Source: Phoronis australis (taxonomy: Eukaryota; Animalia; Phoronida). Taken from it: 64,000 nt of DNA. The stretch's first letter is position 1, and each line of letters starts with the position of its first letter. The stretch covers positions 114,695-178,694 of the forward strand of contig NMRA01000227.1 of NCBI GenBank assembly GCA_002633005.1, in the 5' to 3' direction. Both the position numbers and the translations under genes were made by a program. Under the pieces are notes generated by a model, which worked only from the letters and a program-made list of their open reading frames with translations, was not told where the DNA came from and did no database searches. Of the stretch, positions 60,401-64,000 are shown piece after piece.

Positions 60401-62916
60401 CATTGTGGGTGCTGGATTTTCAGGTTACTACTGCTAACTTTATGAACTCTGTGTGTCTCTCATCAATGACCCTATCAGAACAGGAGGACAGTTGGCCATT
60501 GCCCTAAAATTCAGTCAGTTTACTTTAAATTTGCCTATTAATGTGTTGGTGAACGCCATTCATCCTGTTATGCAGTGTCATCACGTTGTTGTCAGTCATT
60601 GCACTGCACATTACAACTGGGACGAATTCAAGTTGCAAAAAGCTCAGGCTCAATATTGATACTTCTAGATAGCCCTGGATGCACAGGACACTACTTTTTT
60701 ATTAAATTATTGCAAGTTTCTTAGTGGAACTTCATTTATGTGTTTCTATTGAGGAGAGTATTAACTGGGTCACGTGAATTTGTGGACAAATCTGACTGCT
60801 CTACAAACTCCTCAGTGAAAATTTGATTCTCTTTGCATTTGCCTTGATATCTATACTAACGTTCTTGATGGATGTTCATTAAATTTGGCAAATAAGTTAC
60901 AATCAAAAAATTACCTGCCCCATTTTAGTCAGTGCCTTTTTATTAGTTGTATGTCTATTCATTCACCTTTTTATCCTTCAAACTGTGCTAAGAGTCATGA
61001 TGAAAAGTGAAAGGTGTTTCTACTGAATACAGCATTGCTAGCTTGCTTTGCAGCCCCTAGTGGCTATTATAGTTTACTAGATGTTTAAAATAATGATCAT
61101 CCCTCATATCTGTGCTGTATGGAATGCACATGGGTGCTTATCAATGCTCCATGTTGCTCTTGTGGCAAATATTTATTAGTTTTGTGTAAAATATATAAAG
61201 AATTACCATACTAGTAGGCTTTATGTCAATAATATGAAAGTGCACTCATAATAACTTTGATGAAATAACAAAACAGGTTCTTGTCACTTGACAAGTGCCA
61301 AACAGACAAACACCCTGTTGTCGGCTTGAGTTGTCGTCCCTATAAGTTTTGGCTCTGTGCAATGAATCAAGATGGTGTGCTAATGAGAGGGTACCACCAG
61401 TATACTCATGGTTCACTCGTCTCCATGACAAGAATCCTATGTTGACACCCAAACTGGTCGAGATTGGGCAGTTCAGCTGGTTTGCCTACCTCAAGGATTG
61501 CCTGTTCAGATCAAAGACCTCATCCTGTTGTGGTTAATTAAATTGCCTCAAGCTGCTGATGTTGTCGTTCTTAGATAATCAGACCCACCATAAACACACT
61601 GGAGGTGACAATTTTTTTATTTACAATTTGAATTTTTAAAATCGGGCAACAAATGTGACTTTTAGCCTGTGTTGCCCAGAGCTGGAGCGTTGTTCTGTGC
61701 CTCATTAATTCTGTGGGGTGTACAACATAATGGACCAATTAACAAACCAGCAGGGAGCGTTGGAATTTGAAGAAGGCCAATTGTCATTGTACAATTCTTG
61801 TCATGTCTAGACAGAGCTATTTGCAACCGTGTCTTAACCTCCCATTATTTGACTGCAAATGTATGTGGGCTCATATTGCCGCCAGATCTCCGCCTGGCAT
61901 CCAGCATCTACTGACAGTTGTAGTCCCTTAACTACATTATGGAATTTGGTCATAGGTTCCTGTCATGCTTGGAACAACCCACGAAAATGTTTGGACAATT
62001 AAATTCAACAGCGGTTGTGTCTCCTAGTGGCGATTTTATTGTTTTGCCTTTAGTTGTGAAGTGCATGACTAGTGCCGAGTTTTGTGTGGATTTTGACTGC
62101 TGTGGCGTAGGAAATCATAATTTGACTGCTGTGGCGCAGGAAGTCATTATTTGGCTGATGTTATGCAGGAAATCATAATTTGACTGCTGTGGCGTAGGAA
62201 GTCATTATTTGGCTGATGTGGTGCAGGAAGTCATTATTTGACTGATGTGGTGGAGGAAGTCATTATTTGACTGCTGTGGCGCAGGAAATCATTATTTTCA
62301 CCCGCAGATATTTTCCAGTTTCAGTCAGTTAGTACTCCATTGACATTTGGAAACCCGGAAAAGATCCCGGGCTCCAATAATTTTGGACCAATTGTTCAAT
62401 GATGTTTATGACCATATAACACCACATGCACTGCACACTGTGTCTGTAGAATGGCTCACACTAGCAGTCAACATGTACCTAGAGCTTTGTGATGTAACTT
62501 TGCACTCATGTCTGTGGGGCAAAATGCATAACCAGAGAAGTTTATTAAATAATGTCTGTCTTAAAACATTCAGTGTATCTTCGTTAAAATATAACCTGTT
62601 GATAACTGTTTATCGGACTTCGTGGAAATATTTGAAAAATGCATGAGCACCAGCCTGTGCCCTTTGTGGTGCTCACAGTTGGTGCATATCAATAATCTGG
62701 GTTACTCTTGCATAATTTAATAGTAAAAGCCAGTTTCAGTATGGGATGATATTTAGATAATGCACTGAGCCAACATGTTCCATTATTTCAGGCCATGGAT
62801 TCAAGCTTGCTCCTGTCGTTGGAAAAGTGCTCACTGAACTGGCATTGAATGAAGTTCCATCATATGACCTCACTCTCTTCAAGGCTATTCGATTCCAACT
62901 CAAGGCATCCTTATAA
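48825..62916 (+). CDS. PIPOX: Peroxisomal sarcosine oxidase / L-pipecolate oxidase, 8 exons, 388 aa
   Basis: Exons 48825-48932 ([14 protein letters not shown]-binding), 50578-50726 (PHSRGSSHG), 51640-51853, 53580-53762, 54228-54389 (IYGLP.DEYP), 59378-59527 (ERCIYT, flavinylation Cys position), 60348-60423 ([12 protein letters not shown]...GAGFS), 62792-62916 ([12 protein letters not shown]...KASL*). Phases consistent. Confidence 0.95.
49066..49799. mobile_element. Long-TIR MULE-like MITE copy in PIPOX intron 1
   Basis: TAGACAGTGACCAC ... GTGGTCACTGTCTA; the 9-mer GAGTTGGAC occurs at 49053-49061 and 49800-49808; a further partial arm lies at ~49810-49920. Confidence 0.75.
52099..53208 (+). 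mobile_element. Helentron-associated (HINE/DINE-1/pearl-like) element with tandem core repeats
   Basis: TTTT start, GTCC microsatellite, ~150-bp core repeats with CCCTAGTGGCAATTTT, 3' GTGGGCGC inverted repeat and ...TTGCTCTTGTT end. Confidence 0.7.
54523..55884 (+). mobile_element. HINE/DINE-1-like element spanning the second N gap
   Basis: 5' hairpin GCGCCCACATATTTATATGTGGACGC, GTCC repeats, core repeats, 3' GTGGGCAC...TTGCTCTTGT; nearly identical to the copy at 63704. Confidence 0.75.
56991..57097. repeat. 21-bp minisatellite x5
   Basis: Unit CAACCAATCACAGGCACTAGT. Confidence 0.9.
57363..57424. repeat. (AC)n microsatellite
   Basis: About 31 perfect AC units. Confidence 0.97.
57425..58830 (-). 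mobile_element. 5'-truncated, frameshifted L1/Tx1-clade LINE (ORF2 C-terminus) in PIPOX intron 5
   Basis: Translates to [16 protein letters not shown]...IRDFIW...LPHEEGGL, then VLWNNQNI, then the zinc finger [17 protein letters not shown]...FW; typical post-RT L1/Tx1 motifs. Confidence 0.8.
59960..60133. repeat. ~35-bp minisatellite x5
   Basis: Unit CATGTGTCTTTAGAACTTGTCCACCCTACACAAGC. Confidence 0.85.
61459..61805 (+). repeat. Dispersed repeat, diverged second copy at ~62985-63365
   Basis: Shared blocks CGAGATTGGG, GGTTTGCCTACCTCA, ATCAAAGAC, CATAAACACACTGG, AAAATCGGGCAA.AAATGTGACTTTTA and CAACATAATGG. Confidence 0.65.
62091..62298. repeat. ~30-bp minisatellite x7
   Basis: Unit TTTGACTGCTGTGGCGCAGGAAGTCATTA. 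Confidence 0.85.
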
Positions 62917-63703
62917 GTGAAACTGTCTGCAAATTCTTGGACCATTGTCATTATGAAAAGAATTATGTAGAAATTCTCACCCATCGAGATTGGGTAACTC
63001 GAGGGGTTTGCCTACCTCAGTATCTGACCCTCTAAATCAAAGACACCATGCTGTTGTACTTAGTTATATCGCCCGGGGCTGTTTGATGTTATTGTTCTGT
63101 AGGCAGCGAGACCCATCATAAACACACTGGGGGGCGACAATAGTATGTTCAAATTTTAGTTTCGGAAGTTTATGTATACCATAATTTGAATAGTTCATGA
63201 AAAGTACAGATGATTAGGTTTTAGAATTTTGAAAATCGGGCAAGAAATGTGACTTTTAACAACTTGATTAATTCTGCTGGGTGTGCAACATAATGGTGTC
63301 AGTTACCAAACATGTAGGCAGCAGTTGATTTTTGTGTGAAGCTAAGTGTCATGTACAATTCTTGGGATATTTTATGGCACATCATTGTGAAACTGCCAAA
63401 GATCGACTGTAATAAAATGAATGACTGAATGTTTTTTAGCTGTAAGAAGCCCTTTCATTGCCCAATACTGGTTTTCATTAAAACATGTTCCTGCTTTTGA
63501 GATTAATTATTATAGTAAAAGATCTCCAGTTTTAGACAATGGAAATTTAACATTTTGCTCAAGGTTAGAACTTGTAACAGATTTTAGAAATAGTCAACAT
63601 TAACCATCTCAAATTCAAGAATTTCTATCCATGACACCTTGACATTGATGTTACACACTAATGAGGACGCATCATGGAAAATGGTGGGGGCTATTTTGGG
63701 TGA

Positions 63704-64000
63704 TTTTTATGCGCCCACATATTTATATGTGGACGCATTATGCCGTCATCTCTGTCCGTCCATCCGTCCGTCCGGGCGGCATCCGTCCGGCGTCCGCTGC
63801 TCTATCTCCAAAACCCTTTGACATACGTTCATGAAATTTGGCACATATGTTCCATTCATGAATGGGACGGCATGTGCGAACTTTCGGACGGATCCGACTA
63901 CTGGTGTGCCCCCTAGTGGCAATTTTAGTTTTTTACGCTTACCTTTGTATCTTCAAAAGTCCTGAACGGATTTTCATGAAATTTGGTATGTAGGCACCTA
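63704..64000 (+). mobile_element. HINE/DINE-1-like element, 5' part (runs off the window)
   Basis: Same head hairpin, GTCC microsatellite and core as the copy at 54523, nearly identical. Confidence 0.75.

Overview
Intron-rich animal genomic DNA, probably a marine invertebrate, AT-rich, with two N gaps (21960-22678, 54877-55471). Four spliced genes sit in two head-to-head pairs. ANKRD27/VARP (minus) has 14 coding exons here and continues past the window start. RNF185/RNF5 (plus) has its first coding exon(s) missing, probably in the first gap. A 15-exon ABCB half-transporter with an ABCB9-type TMD0 (minus, 821 aa) includes one GC-AG intron. PIPOX (plus) has 8 exons and 388 aa. Exons were chained by hand from splice sites and phase. 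Introns and intergenic DNA hold MITEs (Kolobok-, Harbinger-, pogo- and MULE-like), Helentron-associated/DINE-1-like elements, two LINE remnants, a tRNA-like element and about 20 minisatellites. The most notable pattern is that in three of the four genes a short tandem repeat has copied a splice site, giving arrays of competing splice sites that mostly lead to stops or frameshifts. Family names come from recalled sequence similarity; no searches were run.
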